A stretch of DNA of 64,000 bases from the NCBI GenBank assembly GCA_963719505.1, contig CAVRCF010000003.1, forward strand, positions 160,001 to 224,000. The letters run 5' to 3'. This document shows positions 10,373 to 20,100 of this stretch, one piece after another. The first letter of the stretch is position 1; every line of letters starts with the position of its first letter. The notes beneath the pieces are model-generated. The model was given only the letters and a program-made list of their open reading frames with translations. It was not told the DNA's origin and searched no databases. The position numbers and the translations under genes are program-made. Source of the DNA: Halobacteriovoraceae bacterium. Lineage in GTDB: Bacteria > Bdellovibrionota > Bacteriovoracia > Bacteriovoracales > Bacteriovoracaceae.

Positions 10373-12724
10373 ATGAAGATTGATAAAAAAGGACTACCTC
10401 CGGCTCTGAAAACTTTAGTCAATAGAACAGTCGCCATTTTAGGTGATGTCATCAAAGAGGAAGGCGGGGAACAAATTTTTAAAACTGTCGATTCGATAAG
10501 AAAAGAGATGGTGAAGTACAGGTCTTCACCCAATACTCAAAAAGATAAACTCCTTCAAAGTCTTTACACCCGACTTGAAAAAGAGCCAAAAGAAAATAAG
10601 CATAAGATTGCTCACTCTTACACGTTAATGTTGGAGCTTATCAATGTTTGTGAAGCAGCTTTTCGAACCTACAAGCTAAGATCACAAGAAGAGCCATTAT
10701 CTGGTTTTTCAAAACAATCCAGTACGATGGTTTATGTTTTAACCGCTCATCCAACGGAAGCCAGAACACCAGAGAACATTGAACTCTTCTCTAGGATTCA
10801 GAAGATACTTGTGGATATTTTAGAAAAAACGGCAGAACAAGACTATTTAGAGTCAATTATAAAACACAACTTAAAGATGGCTTGGTTACTTCCCGTAACG
10901 AAACATCAAAAACCTGAAGTTCTCGATGAGGCAAAGCACCTTTTTTCAATCGTTTTTAGAACTGATATTTTTGATACGCTTTTGAGGGCCGACAGAGATT
11001 TAGGAAAAATAAGAGTTCGAACTTGGGTTGGTGGCGATAAAGATGGTCATCCTGGAGTGGATGAAAAAGTAATGTTAAAATGTTTACAGGCTTCGAGAGA
11101 CTACTTTATAAAAGCTTTGGATAGCATAATAGGTAAGTTGAGGGAAGATGTTGACATGCTTGGGAATAAGCAACTAAGTCAAACTGCTCACGATCTGCCA
11201 AAGGTTTTAAAAACAATAGCAAAGATTAAACCAGCAGATTCGCAAAAGCTCTCATCACTACATCATCAATTAAATGACCTCAGCTTAGCATATGAGAAGA
11301 TCGTAGGAGCAAAGAGTCCAAGACTTTTAAAGTTAGACGCCATCTTTAATATGTTTCCAGGTCTCGTTATTCCAATTGAGATAAGAGAAGATAGCGAGGT
11401 TATCGCAGAAGCTCTAAAATCAAGTAAACCACTGGCCATTGAAAGAATGCTTGTGTCTCTGTCTCAAATTGCAAAAGGAAAAGCAATCCGTCACTATGCT
11501 CAAGGTCTTATTATAAGCATGTGTCACTCTTATAACGATATAGAGAATACAATAGAGCTAAGCAAAAAGACTATTGGAGACCTTCGTATCCCTGTTATTC
11601 CTCTTTTTGAAACATCACAAGCTTTAGAAGACTCTTCGGACATCGTCTCTCGTCTTTTAAAAAATAAAGAATACATTCGCAATGTAAAAAAGAGTTGGGA
11701 TAACAAATTAGAGGTCATGCTGGGGTATTCAGATTCCTCTAAAGGAATGGGGGTTCTGCCAAGTAGAATCGCAATTGCAAAGACTATGAGAGGACTTGAT
11801 GAGCTCATTAGTAAAAATGGGCTAACTCCTGTTTTCTTTCACGGCTCAGGGGGATCTGTTGATAGAGGTGGTGGAAGCATTAAAGAGCAAACAGCTTGGT
11901 GGCCAAAGTCAGCTCTGAGTTTATATAAGGCCACAATACAAGGTGAGATGGTTGAACGAACCTTTACCTCATCAGAGGTAACTCTCTCCGGTATCGATAA
12001 GGTTATGACTAACTTTAAAAAAGCGAAGTCGAAAAAAGGATTAATTAAAGTTAATAGAAGTGTAGAAATCTTTGCAGAGGAAGTCGCAAAAAACTACAAA
12101 AAGAAAATAGCAGAAGAAAAGTTTTTTGAGATGGTTGGGGCTGCAACACCTTACTCGTATCTCAATGTTTTAAAACTTGGATCAAGACCAACGAAAAGAG
12201 CATCTGAGAAAACTCAAACTCTAGACTTTAATTCCATAAGAGCAATTCCTTGGATATTGTGCTGGACTCAAACGAGAATACTTTTTCCATCGTGGTGGGG
12301 TGTCGGGAGTGCATGGTCTCAAATTAAAGATGACGACAAAAAGTCTAGTGCACTCAAGAAATCCTATGAAACAAGTAATCTCTTTGCTTCTTATGTGAGA
12401 ACTCTGGGGTTTACTTTGAGTAAGGTCGACCTTTCAATTTTCAAACTCTATCTGTCAAAGAGTAGGCTCTCTAAAGTTGAGCAAGAAAATGTCTTCGAGG
12501 AATTTAAGGTCGAGTACTTATTAGTTGAAAAGTTTTTAAAATCAATAACGGGTCATAAAAACCTTCTTTGGGATAAACCTTGGCTTGCCGATTCAATAAA
12601 ACTAAGGTCTTCAATGATTCATCCATTGAATGTGCTACAAATTCAGGGAAATAATGATTCTGATGAAAGTCTGGTGCGTAAAACAGTCGCGGGTATATCT
12701 TCAGGAATGATGACAACAGGTTGA
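10373..12724 (+). CDS. ppc: Phosphoenolpyruvate carboxylase
   Basis: LTAHPTE, IPLFET, VMLGYSDS, RAIPW motifs and C-terminal G-x-x-x-TG. Confidence 0.92.
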   Translation: MKIDKKGLPPALKTLVNRTVAILGDVIKEEGGEQIFKTVDSIRKEMVKYRSSPNTQKDKLLQSLYTRLEKEPKENKHKIAHSYTLMLELINVCEAAFRTYKLRSQEEPLSGFSKQSSTMVYVLTAHPTEARTPENIELFSRIQKILVDILEKTAEQDYLESIIKHNLKMAWLLPVTKHQKPEVLDEAKHLFSIVFRTDIFDTLLRADRDLGKIRVRTWVGGDKDGHPGVDEKVMLKCLQASRDYFIKALDSIIGKLREDVDMLGNKQLSQTAHDLPKVLKTIAKIKPADSQKLSSLHHQLNDLSLAYEKIVGAKSPRLLKLDAIFNMFPGLVIPIEIREDSEVIAEALKSSKPLAIERMLVSLSQIAKGKAIRHYAQGLIISMCHSYNDIENTIELSKKTIGDLRIPVIPLFETSQALEDSSDIVSRLLKNKEYIRNVKKSWDNKLEVMLGYSDSSKGMGVLPSRIAIAKTMRGLDELISKNGLTPVFFHGSGGSVDRGGGSIKEQTAWWPKSALSLYKATIQGEMVERTFTSSEVTLSGIDKVMTNFKKAKSKKGLIKVNRSVEIFAEEVAKNYKKKIAEEKFFEMVGAATPYSYLNVLKLGSRPTKRASEKTQTLDFNSIRAIPWILCWTQTRILFPSWWGVGSAWSQIKDDDKKSSALKKSYETSNLFASYVRTLGFTLSKVDLSIFKLYLSKSRLSKVEQENVFEEFKVEYLLVEKFLKSITGHKNLLWDKPWLADSIKLRSSMIHPLNVLQIQGNNDSDESLVRKTVAGISSGMMTTG

Positions 12725-12846
12725 TCCGATATCTTTTAAGCGAAAAGTCTATTGAGAGAGAATATATTTTACTTTATTTAGAGGGAGGATTGGATCTGTA
12801 AAAAAGATCCCCCTCCAGCTCTAACTTTTCTTTTACACGAAAAAAG

Positions 12847-13077
12847 CTAATCTTCTTTTAAACCTATTTTATCATCAACATAGATGACTTTCTTTTTTAC
12901 CTTGTAGCGAAATTCATATGAAGGTCGAAAGCGTATTCTTGCGAGCCCTGGGATCGACAAACTGGCTGAACCTCTCTCCCTATAGTCTATTTGTTTTAGG
13001 TAAAACCCTTTCTTAGGAGGCTCATCTTTTGCGTATGAAGAAGTTAAACAAATTAAAATGACTAGTATTGCTTTCAT
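12847..13077 (-). CDS. Small secreted protein with one 35-aa beta-hairpin repeat
   Basis: Signal peptide; 2 bp from the upstream gene; shares repeat motif. Confidence 0.65.
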   Translation of the reverse strand: MKAILVILICLTSSYAKDEPPKKGFYLKQIDYRERGSASLSIPGLARIRFRPSYEFRYKVKKKVIYVDDKIGLKED

Positions 13078-13079
13078 AT

Positions 13080-14162
13080 TTACCTTTTGTAATGAAACTC
13101 TAAGGTCGAGGACTTCTCAACAGTTAAAACTTTAAATCCGACACCTTTATCAAGAGAGTACTTCACTCTTATTTGATGAAGGCTCAATTCTGAATTTGTA
13201 TCCGTGTAGGACTTATTATCAAAATAATGAATGATGGCTTCATTAAAGGTTCTAATGGGGTAGTAAATCTTACTTAAACTGTTAAAGTTGAGCCCAGGGA
13301 TATCAAGTCTTATATCATCTATAGCTTTCTTGTATTCAATTTGAACCCCTTTCGTAAAAGAAGAGCTAAATACAGCGAGGTCAAGACCTGCTGTTAAGGA
13401 ATGGATGGCGAAGACTCTTTCGAGACTAAATTGCTGAAAAAGATTATTACGAGCTGATAGGGCATTAAAGTTTTCCATCATTTTTTTTAATCGTTTTTGT
13501 CCAGAAGTTAGATGGTCCCCATGAGAGAGGATATATGGTCTATTTTTTACTTTAAATCTAAATCGAACTCTTTTACTTTTGCCTAAAGAGACAGCTCCTA
13601 GCGACACGCCAGTGTTGAAGGAATAATTTTTGAAAAAACCGCCCACATACCAATTTCCAATCCTTGGCATGAGAACAAGGTTACGAATTAAAAGAGATAT
13701 TTTTTGAGCATCAGAGCGCAGCACCTTAATGATTTTATTTCTTTTCCTTTTTTTTATCTTTTGGAAGTTAAGAAAATTATCTAACTCTTTATAGAGGTGA
13801 GAGTAGACTTGCTCTTGCGTCATGAGGTCAACTTCAGCATCAACTTGTTCCAAAGTAGGCTCTTCTTCGTTTATGTCATCTCCAGGGAGCCCTTCTGGTA
13901 GGTTTTTTTGCCAGACAAATTCAGCAGCGGCACCTCCAGAGAAAGAGAGTAAGCCCACATCTCCTGAAGCAGTTACTCCAACCTGCATATCAAAACGTTC
14001 TAATTCAACTTTCTCGCTGAAGAATTTAGAGAGTGAGTTTGATATTATTTTCCCGTGTGTATCGGCAACACTTCCAATTCTGTTGACGAGCATAGAGTCT
14101 CGAAAGTTATTGCTGGCCAAAGTAGTTATGGAATATAAAAGGATGAAGATGAATTTATTCAT
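13080..14162 (-). CDS. Secreted protein with four 35-aa beta-hairpin repeats
   Basis: Signal peptide; four ungapped internal repeats. Confidence 0.7.
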   Translation of the reverse strand: MNKFIFILLYSITTLASNNFRDSMLVNRIGSVADTHGKIISNSLSKFFSEKVELERFDMQVGVTASGDVGLLSFSGGAAAEFVWQKNLPEGLPGDDINEEEPTLEQVDAEVDLMTQEQVYSHLYKELDNFLNFQKIKKRKRNKIIKVLRSDAQKISLLIRNLVLMPRIGNWYVGGFFKNYSFNTGVSLGAVSLGKSKRVRFRFKVKNRPYILSHGDHLTSGQKRLKKMMENFNALSARNNLFQQFSLERVFAIHSLTAGLDLAVFSSSFTKGVQIEYKKAIDDIRLDIPGLNFNSLSKIYYPIRTFNEAIIHYFDNKSYTDTNSELSLHQIRVKYSLDKGVGFKVLTVEKSSTLEFHYKR

Positions 14163-14490
14163 AAGACTTTACCTTTAAATGATATTCTACCGCAGAGCTC
14201 GAAGATAGATTCCAACTAAAAAAGCCAACTCTGACATCGGTACTCATCCCTATAACTAAATAATCAAGATCAAAGTCTTTAGAGGGTCTTTTAAATTGTT
14301 TCTTCCTTAAAGCTCTCTTTAAAGAATTATTTAAAAAAGAGCTATAACGTTTTTCACTGATGTTTATTTTTTTAATGTTGTTTTGCTGAGACTTGGTATT
14401 TTCATGGAGCACCAGTATGGAAATTTCCTCGGCAAAGACAACTGCTGGTTGGAAAAATGATAATAGTGTCAATAATAGTAAAAGCTTCAT
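14155..14490 (-). CDS. Secreted protein with one 35-aa beta-hairpin repeat
   Basis: Signal peptide, GGAG RBS, 8-bp overlap with next gene. Confidence 0.7.
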   Translation of the reverse strand: MKLLLLLTLLSFFQPAVVFAEEISILVLHENTKSQQNNIKKINISEKRYSSFLNNSLKRALRKKQFKRPSKDFDLDYLVIGMSTDVRVGFFSWNLSSSSAVEYHLKVKSYE

Positions 14491-14505
14491 ATCTACTCCA
14501 CGGAT

Positions 14506-14540
14506 AAAAAGCAGTGAAGGCTTTATTCTCCTTCACTGCT
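14506..14540 (-). terminator. Rho-independent terminator
   Basis: AGCAGTGAAGG/CCTTCACTGCT stem followed by a T-run on the minus strand. Confidence 0.75.
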
Positions 14541-14551
14541 GTTAAATTCTT

Positions 14552-15076
14552 TTAGCCACCGTATGGAAGCGAAGAGTCTTGAATCGTGATTTTGATGTCA
14601 TTACCTCTTTTGATAAAACCTAAAGTGTATTCCACTTTAATTTCATTACCGTCAAGTTTAGTGAAATAGTAGTGGCCCATAGCAATAGCTTTCATTCCAT
14701 AAGTTATGATATTATGGTTATCAAAACGGACATTTGTATAGGGTGCAATTGCAAAACCGTTGTCTTCAGGAAACTTTGTATTCCCACCAACAAAATATGA
14801 AAGAGCCCCTTCTACACTTGGTCTAAATGGGATTTGAGCTGCAAGAGTTGGTTTAAAAAGAACAACCCCATCGTTGTAGTCATAGAGATCAAGAATATGA
14901 TCTAAAGCTTCTTGTTTGTAATCACCCTTACTCATGAAGACATCGCCAATTCTTACGATACCAGCACCCCACTTTTCTTGTGTTTGCTTTACTTCATCAA
15001 TTGTTATTCCATATTGAGCAAAACAAGTAGCACTAAACATAAGTGTTAGTGAAAGAACTAAGTTTTTAAATTTCAT
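14552..15076 (-). CDS. COG4337 / iota-class carbonic-anhydrase-like exported protein
   Basis: LFKPTLA, GALSYFVGG, EDxGFA, AMGxYYF, KVEYT, SSLPY motifs; signal peptide. Confidence 0.75.
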   Translation of the reverse strand: MKFKNLVLSLTLMFSATCFAQYGITIDEVKQTQEKWGAGIVRIGDVFMSKGDYKQEALDHILDLYDYNDGVVLFKPTLAAQIPFRPSVEGALSYFVGGNTKFPEDNGFAIAPYTNVRFDNHNIITYGMKAIAMGHYYFTKLDGNEIKVEYTLGFIKRGNDIKITIQDSSLPYGG

Positions 15077-15491
15077 AATTTCTCCTTGAGAGTGTTAATG
15101 TTGCAGAAGAAACATATTCTGGATGGAAAAATAATGAAATTACAATAAAGCATAAAAATTGATCGATTTAATCGATTTATACCTTTATCTATTTGAAAAT
15201 TAGGAATAGAAATTGTCTTCGTATATATTATCGCCAGGTAAATCTAATTGATGTCGAAGAATTTTTGCGCGGAAGGATCTTGTCAGCGGTTGAAGGTAGA
15301 CAGCATGGATTGGTTTATCGGAGTAAATAAATTTCTATTCTCGCTTAAATATCTACTTATAAGTGATGTTTACGCACATAGCCTTAAAAAAATATCACAT
15401 TTATCTCCTTTATCTATCAAAATTCGTTCCTGTCCAGATGTAAAAACGTCTTTGTAGTGGCACAATTATTCAAAAACGAGGAGAGCGTCAT

Positions 15492-16004
15492 ATGCCGTTT
15501 TGGATGATTGTTGTAGAGTGGTCAGCACGACTTATTTTATTAATTTTGATTGGACTATCAATATGGTCGGTAGCGATAATATTAGACAGAAAAAAATACT
15601 TAAAATCTTTTGATCTTGAAAAAGAATTTCTAGATATAGAGAGACAAGCTCATAAGCTTTCAAAAGAAAATATTCAGATTGGTCTTACGAGGCACTTTTA
15701 TCAGCTTCAGATTCGATTACAAAAAGGATTAGGTGTTCTTGGAACCTTGGGGTCCACGACTCCGTTTATTGGATTGCTTGGAACTATCCTTGGTATCATT
15801 GTCGCTTTTGGTGAGTTGTCTTCCGGTAGCGGAGGAACAAATGCCATAATGTTTGCCCTAGCGGAAGCATTAATTCTAACGGCTGTGGGTTTGTTTGTCG
15901 CTATCCCAGCTGTTATAGCTTTTAATATCTTCTCTAAAAAATCGAAACATCTTATCTCTGATCTTCAAAGTAGACTTGATGAGTTTGTGGCAAGGGAGAA
16001 ATAG
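15492..16004 (+). CDS. exbB: MotA/TolQ/ExbB proton channel
   Basis: LGTLGSTTPFIGLLGT, AEALILTAVGLFVAIPA. Confidence 0.88.
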   Translation: MPFWMIVVEWSARLILLILIGLSIWSVAIILDRKKYLKSFDLEKEFLDIERQAHKLSKENIQIGLTRHFYQLQIRLQKGLGVLGTLGSTTPFIGLLGTILGIIVAFGELSSGSGGTNAIMFALAEALILTAVGLFVAIPAVIAFNIFSKKSKHLISDLQSRLDEFVAREK

Positions 16005-16421
16005 ATGGCTTCAAGTTTTGATCCCAATGAAAGCGATGGAATAAACGAAATCAATATCACGCCATTCGTTGATGTTGTTCTTGTTCTTCTTGTGATCTTT
16101 ATGGTTACTGCTCCTATGATGGTTAAAGAGACGATGAATATCAAGCTTCCAAAAGGCAAGAGTACCCAAAAAAGTGAAATAAAAACTTTTGCCGTGGCTA
16201 TCTCAAAAAATGGTCAGGTCCTTTTTGACGGTGAAATTATAGAAATGAGTCTTCTTTATGATAAAGCTGTCAGGCTAAAAAATGAAAACCCCGAAATTCA
16301 ACTTCTTATCTCAGCCGATAAAGAAGCTATGCACGGAGAGGTGATAAAAGTTTTAGATCAAGTTAAACTCGCCGGAGTTACAAATTTCGCCTTTCAAATT
16401 GAAAAAATCATAGAGCAGTAG
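16005..16421 (+). CDS. exbD: ExbD/TolR
   Basis: EINITPFVDVVLVLLVIFMVTAP. Confidence 0.9.
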   Translation: MASSFDPNESDGINEINITPFVDVVLVLLVIFMVTAPMMVKETMNIKLPKGKSTQKSEIKTFAVAISKNGQVLFDGEIIEMSLLYDKAVRLKNENPEIQLLISADKEAMHGEVIKVLDQVKLAGVTNFAFQIEKIIEQ

Positions 16422-16422
16422 A

Positions 16423-17058
16423 ATGAATAAGACTCTATCTCAATCTCTTCTTCTTCACAGTTTCTTTGTCATTGTATTCTTCGTTCTAATGCAGATGAGT
16501 GAAAGAAAGGTGATTGAAACTTTCAGCTTCGATATTGTTGAAAAGCAAGCTGTCGAAATTAAAAGAAACCAAAAAGTTGTTATCAATGCCAAGCCTTCTG
16601 AAGTTATTAAACGGAAAGAGGCCCCAAAAACTAGAGAAGTCTTCGGAGTAAAGAGAAAGACTCTGACCAGTGAGAAGGGAAGCGTTGTTGCAAAGGTTGG
16701 GAATACTGTGACAAAGAAAGAAGACGATAAAGTCTTACGTGATGATGAATCAGACTCACTACCTGAACCAGCAGAAGAATTTCTTATCACCTCTATGCCC
16801 AGAGCAATAAATGAAATCAGACCCGTCTATCCCAAATGGGCAAAAGAGCAGAAAATATCGGGTTCTGTTATATTTGAAATTTTAATTGATCAAAAGGGAG
16901 ACGTAAGACAAGCAAAGATATTGCGTGGCCTTCATCCTAAATTAGATAAACTAGCAAAAGATGCGATAATGAAATTTAAATTTAAGCCGGCATTTATAGA
17001 AAAAAAACCGGCACCAGCGAGAATAAAATATGCGATTAAATATTTACTTGAGTCTTAG
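16423..17058 (+). CDS. tonB: TonB family energy transducer
   Basis: N-terminal TM with SLLLH; C-terminal PVYP…G.V…FKFKPA TonB_C domain. Confidence 0.88.
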   Translation: MNKTLSQSLLLHSFFVIVFFVLMQMSERKVIETFSFDIVEKQAVEIKRNQKVVINAKPSEVIKRKEAPKTREVFGVKRKTLTSEKGSVVAKVGNTVTKKEDDKVLRDDESDSLPEPAEEFLITSMPRAINEIRPVYPKWAKEQKISGSVIFEILIDQKGDVRQAKILRGLHPKLDKLAKDAIMKFKFKPAFIEKKPAPARIKYAIKYLLES

Positions 17059-19240
17059 TCTCTTTCTCATAGGCACTTGTTATGCACAAACAGCAATTAA
17101 AGGTATCCTTTTGGAAAAGGGAACAAAGGCTGTTCTTGCAGATACGAATGTCTATATTATGCCTTACAAACTAAAGGCGACCACAGATACCCAAGGGAAA
17201 TTTTTCTTCCCCGATGTCCCAAAAGGGGACTTTGAGTTTCTTGTTAATAAAAGCGGATATCTTAGACTAACTGTCGAATCAAGTACTAGTGACCTCAACT
17301 CAGATCTATATTTAGAAAAAGAATTCTACGATGTTTTTGAGACAGTTGTTACTGGTAAAGAGATCAAAAAAGATATCGCTAAAAAAAGTCTTTCTCAAAA
17401 AGACTTTTTAAAAGCTCCAGGAGCTCAAGAAGATCCAGTTCGAGCTGTGCAGAATTTACCAGGGGTAGCGAACCAAACCTTTAGCTCTCAGATTGTCATC
17501 CAAGGAAGTGAACCTGATGATACTCGCTATACTATCAACGGGCATGAAATCCCTTTAATTTTTCACTTTGGTGGACTAACTTCAGTTGTAACTCCTACTG
17601 CAGTAAAAGATGTTGAGTTTTTGGCAGCTGGCTTTGGACCCGAATATGGGCGAGCGCTCGGTGGTATTATTAACCTCAATACCAGACAAGCTAGAACTGA
17701 CCGATGGCGTGGTGAAGGTTTTGTTGATATCACAAAGCTTGGAGCTTTAACAGAAGGTCCGCTGTCTGAGAAGTCGTCTCTTGTGGCCAGTGCCAGGATA
17801 AGTTATTTTGGGAAAATCTTTGAAAAGGTTGCCGAAGAGATGGATGACTTTGCTGTAACAGCGGCTCCAGAATTTCAAGATTATTACGTCAACTATGATT
17901 ACGATATCTCAAAAGATGAAAGATTTTCTCTCATCGCTCTGTCTAGTAAAGACACCTTAGAGCTCATTATTAAAGAGGGAGACAACCCTAATATAGAAGG
18001 AGATATATCGAATGAAACAACTTTTAGTCGAGTTATTCCACGGTATATAAGACGCATCAATGACAAGACAAAATTGGATGTTTCCCTCGCTGTTGGTAAG
18101 GATAATTTAAACTTCTCCTTGGGAGATCGATTTTTTGATTTAGATGCAACTACCGTGACACAAAGAGGTGAAGTTGAGTATAAGTATAGTGACAAACTTA
18201 CCAACTATTTCGGAACAGATATTCAGTGGAGAAAATTTGAGTTAGATTTACTTCTGCCAAGTCGCTCCAGTGGTGGAGGAGTCAATACTGCGGGAAGCAC
18301 TTCCACATTTGCTCGAATTGAAGATGAAAATACTGAGTCGGCAATCTACCTGAGAAATATTTATAAGTTTAATGAAAAGCTTACGCTTTCACCAAATCTT
18401 AGAGCAGAATACTTCTCGACCACTGAAGACTCCTATCTTATGCCTCGTTTGAACGCAACCTACGCTTTGAGTCCGTCTTTATCTTTGAACTTTGCAACGG
18501 GTCTTTATTATCAAGCACCACAAAATGGTGAAAATAGTGAAGACTTTGGAAACCCAGATGTTAAAGCTGAAAAAGCCACTCATTATCTTTTTTCTGTGGT
18601 TAAAGATTTTAGAGGGGGCTCTAACAAAGGGTTAACTATTGATGTAGGAGCTTTCTATAAGGAGCTCGATGATTTAATTGTCTCAACAAGCGAGAAGCGC
18701 TCGGATGGGACAAGCATAAGAAATGATAACGGTGGAGAAGGCTCGGTTCAAGGCGTCCAATTTCAAGGAAGTTATAAAATTGCAGAATACACTTTGCTTA
18801 CGTCCTACACCTACCTTAACTCTAGAAGAAAAGATCCTGAAAGCGGAGAGTACCCATCACAATTTGATCAAACTCATAATCTTAACCTTATTGGGATTTA
18901 TGAGCGCTCTCGCTGGTCTTTTTCTACACGAGTTCGTTTTGTCTCTGGTGGTCCCTATACTCCGATTGAGGGAAGCATCTATGATAGTGATGTTGACGTT
19001 TATCTACCAACGAGAGGATCGTTCTATTCACAGAGATTTGATGACTTTTTCCAACTCGATTTCAGAGTCGATAGAAAGTTTATTTATCAGACTTGGATTC
19101 TCTCAGCTTATCTTGATATACAAAATCTAACCAATGCAAATAACGGTCAAGGGATCTCTTACAGCTATGATTACAGTCAAAGTGAAAAAGCCGCAGGGAC
19201 ACCAATCTTACCAATAATCGGCCTAAGAGGAGAGTTTTAG
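17030..19240 (+). CDS. TonB-dependent receptor
   Basis: Signal peptide, plug domain (DPVRAVQNLPGV), barrel strands, C-terminal GEF. Confidence 0.9.
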   Translation: MRLNIYLSLSLFLIGTCYAQTAIKGILLEKGTKAVLADTNVYIMPYKLKATTDTQGKFFFPDVPKGDFEFLVNKSGYLRLTVESSTSDLNSDLYLEKEFYDVFETVVTGKEIKKDIAKKSLSQKDFLKAPGAQEDPVRAVQNLPGVANQTFSSQIVIQGSEPDDTRYTINGHEIPLIFHFGGLTSVVTPTAVKDVEFLAAGFGPEYGRALGGIINLNTRQARTDRWRGEGFVDITKLGALTEGPLSEKSSLVASARISYFGKIFEKVAEEMDDFAVTAAPEFQDYYVNYDYDISKDERFSLIALSSKDTLELIIKEGDNPNIEGDISNETTFSRVIPRYIRRINDKTKLDVSLAVGKDNLNFSLGDRFFDLDATTVTQRGEVEYKYSDKLTNYFGTDIQWRKFELDLLLPSRSSGGGVNTAGSTSTFARIEDENTESAIYLRNIYKFNEKLTLSPNLRAEYFSTTEDSYLMPRLNATYALSPSLSLNFATGLYYQAPQNGENSEDFGNPDVKAEKATHYLFSVVKDFRGGSNKGLTIDVGAFYKELDDLIVSTSEKRSDGTSIRNDNGGEGSVQGVQFQGSYKIAEYTLLTSYTYLNSRRKDPESGEYPSQFDQTHNLNLIGIYERSRWSFSTRVRFVSGGPYTPIEGSIYDSDVDVYLPTRGSFYSQRFDDFFQLDFRVDRKFIYQTWILSAYLDIQNLTNANNGQGISYSYDYSQSEKAAGTPILPIIGLRGEF

Positions 19241-20086
19241 ATGAATAAAAAGATTAATTTTTTTCTGTTACTCGTTTTATGTTTTTCACTTTTTTCTTGT
19301 GGAGATGATGACTTCCCTGAAGCTTCTGAGCTTGGAGACTTAAGGGTACTTGCCATCACAGCTGATACGCCTCAGATTAACTCTGCCGGAACAGTAACCC
19401 TTACACCTCTTATAAGTTTTGTAAAAGGTGCTGGTTCAACTGTTGATTTTTCCTGGGAAGCCTGCCCAGATCCTGGTATTGACTTTGGTGCTGACCTGAA
19501 CTGTGATTCATCACTTGCAGCTTTTAAACTTAGCGGAAACGGGACATTTAACACAAATACTCTCTCGGGAAGCTTCTTTACTGGGGTTACCCCGAATATC
19601 AGCTTAACCATTCCAGGTGTAGTCTTTACTAATTACTTTAATGCTCTGAATGAGGATCTTAAATTTAACGGTGTCGATTATATTTTCATTATTAAATACA
19701 CTGATCAAAGTACCGAGGCCAAAGCCACGGCGATTAAACGAATAAGTCTCACCTCAAAATCTAATGCTGATCTCAATACAAATCCTACAGCGGGTAATAT
19801 TCTTTTTAATGGTAGTGTGTTAGCCGCTTATCCACAAAGTGAAGGAGTTATTACTTTGGCGTCGCCCTCTGCCGCTCAGACTTTCACTCAAAGAACTAAT
19901 ATTGGTTTAAAAAGCTTTCCAGAGGATATGTATACTAGCTGGTACTCAAGTTCTGGTGAATACCTTTTTAATAGAACGGATATTGATGAAGATAATACTT
20001 TTACGCCCAGTGGATCAAGTGGGGTCTTTGTCAGTGTCTATAGGGATGGTAGAGGCGGAGTCTTTACAAATATTATAAGCTTTTAA
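19241..20086 (+). CDS. TBDR-associated lipoprotein
   Basis: Lipobox LFSC; LRVLAI.A..P and RDGRGG motifs. Confidence 0.75.
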   Translation: MNKKINFFLLLVLCFSLFSCGDDDFPEASELGDLRVLAITADTPQINSAGTVTLTPLISFVKGAGSTVDFSWEACPDPGIDFGADLNCDSSLAAFKLSGNGTFNTNTLSGSFFTGVTPNISLTIPGVVFTNYFNALNEDLKFNGVDYIFIIKYTDQSTEAKATAIKRISLTSKSNADLNTNPTAGNILFNGSVLAAYPQSEGVITLASPSAAQTFTQRTNIGLKSFPEDMYTSWYSSSGEYLFNRTDIDEDNTFTPSGSSGVFVSVYRDGRGGVFTNIISF

Positions 20087-20100
20087 TGAAAGAGAAATAA

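Noticed and set aside
15180-15480. Possible riboswitch upstream of the TonB operon; 69-aa ORF
   Set aside because: No cobalamin, TPP or other conserved motif recognised; ORF lacks an RBS and features
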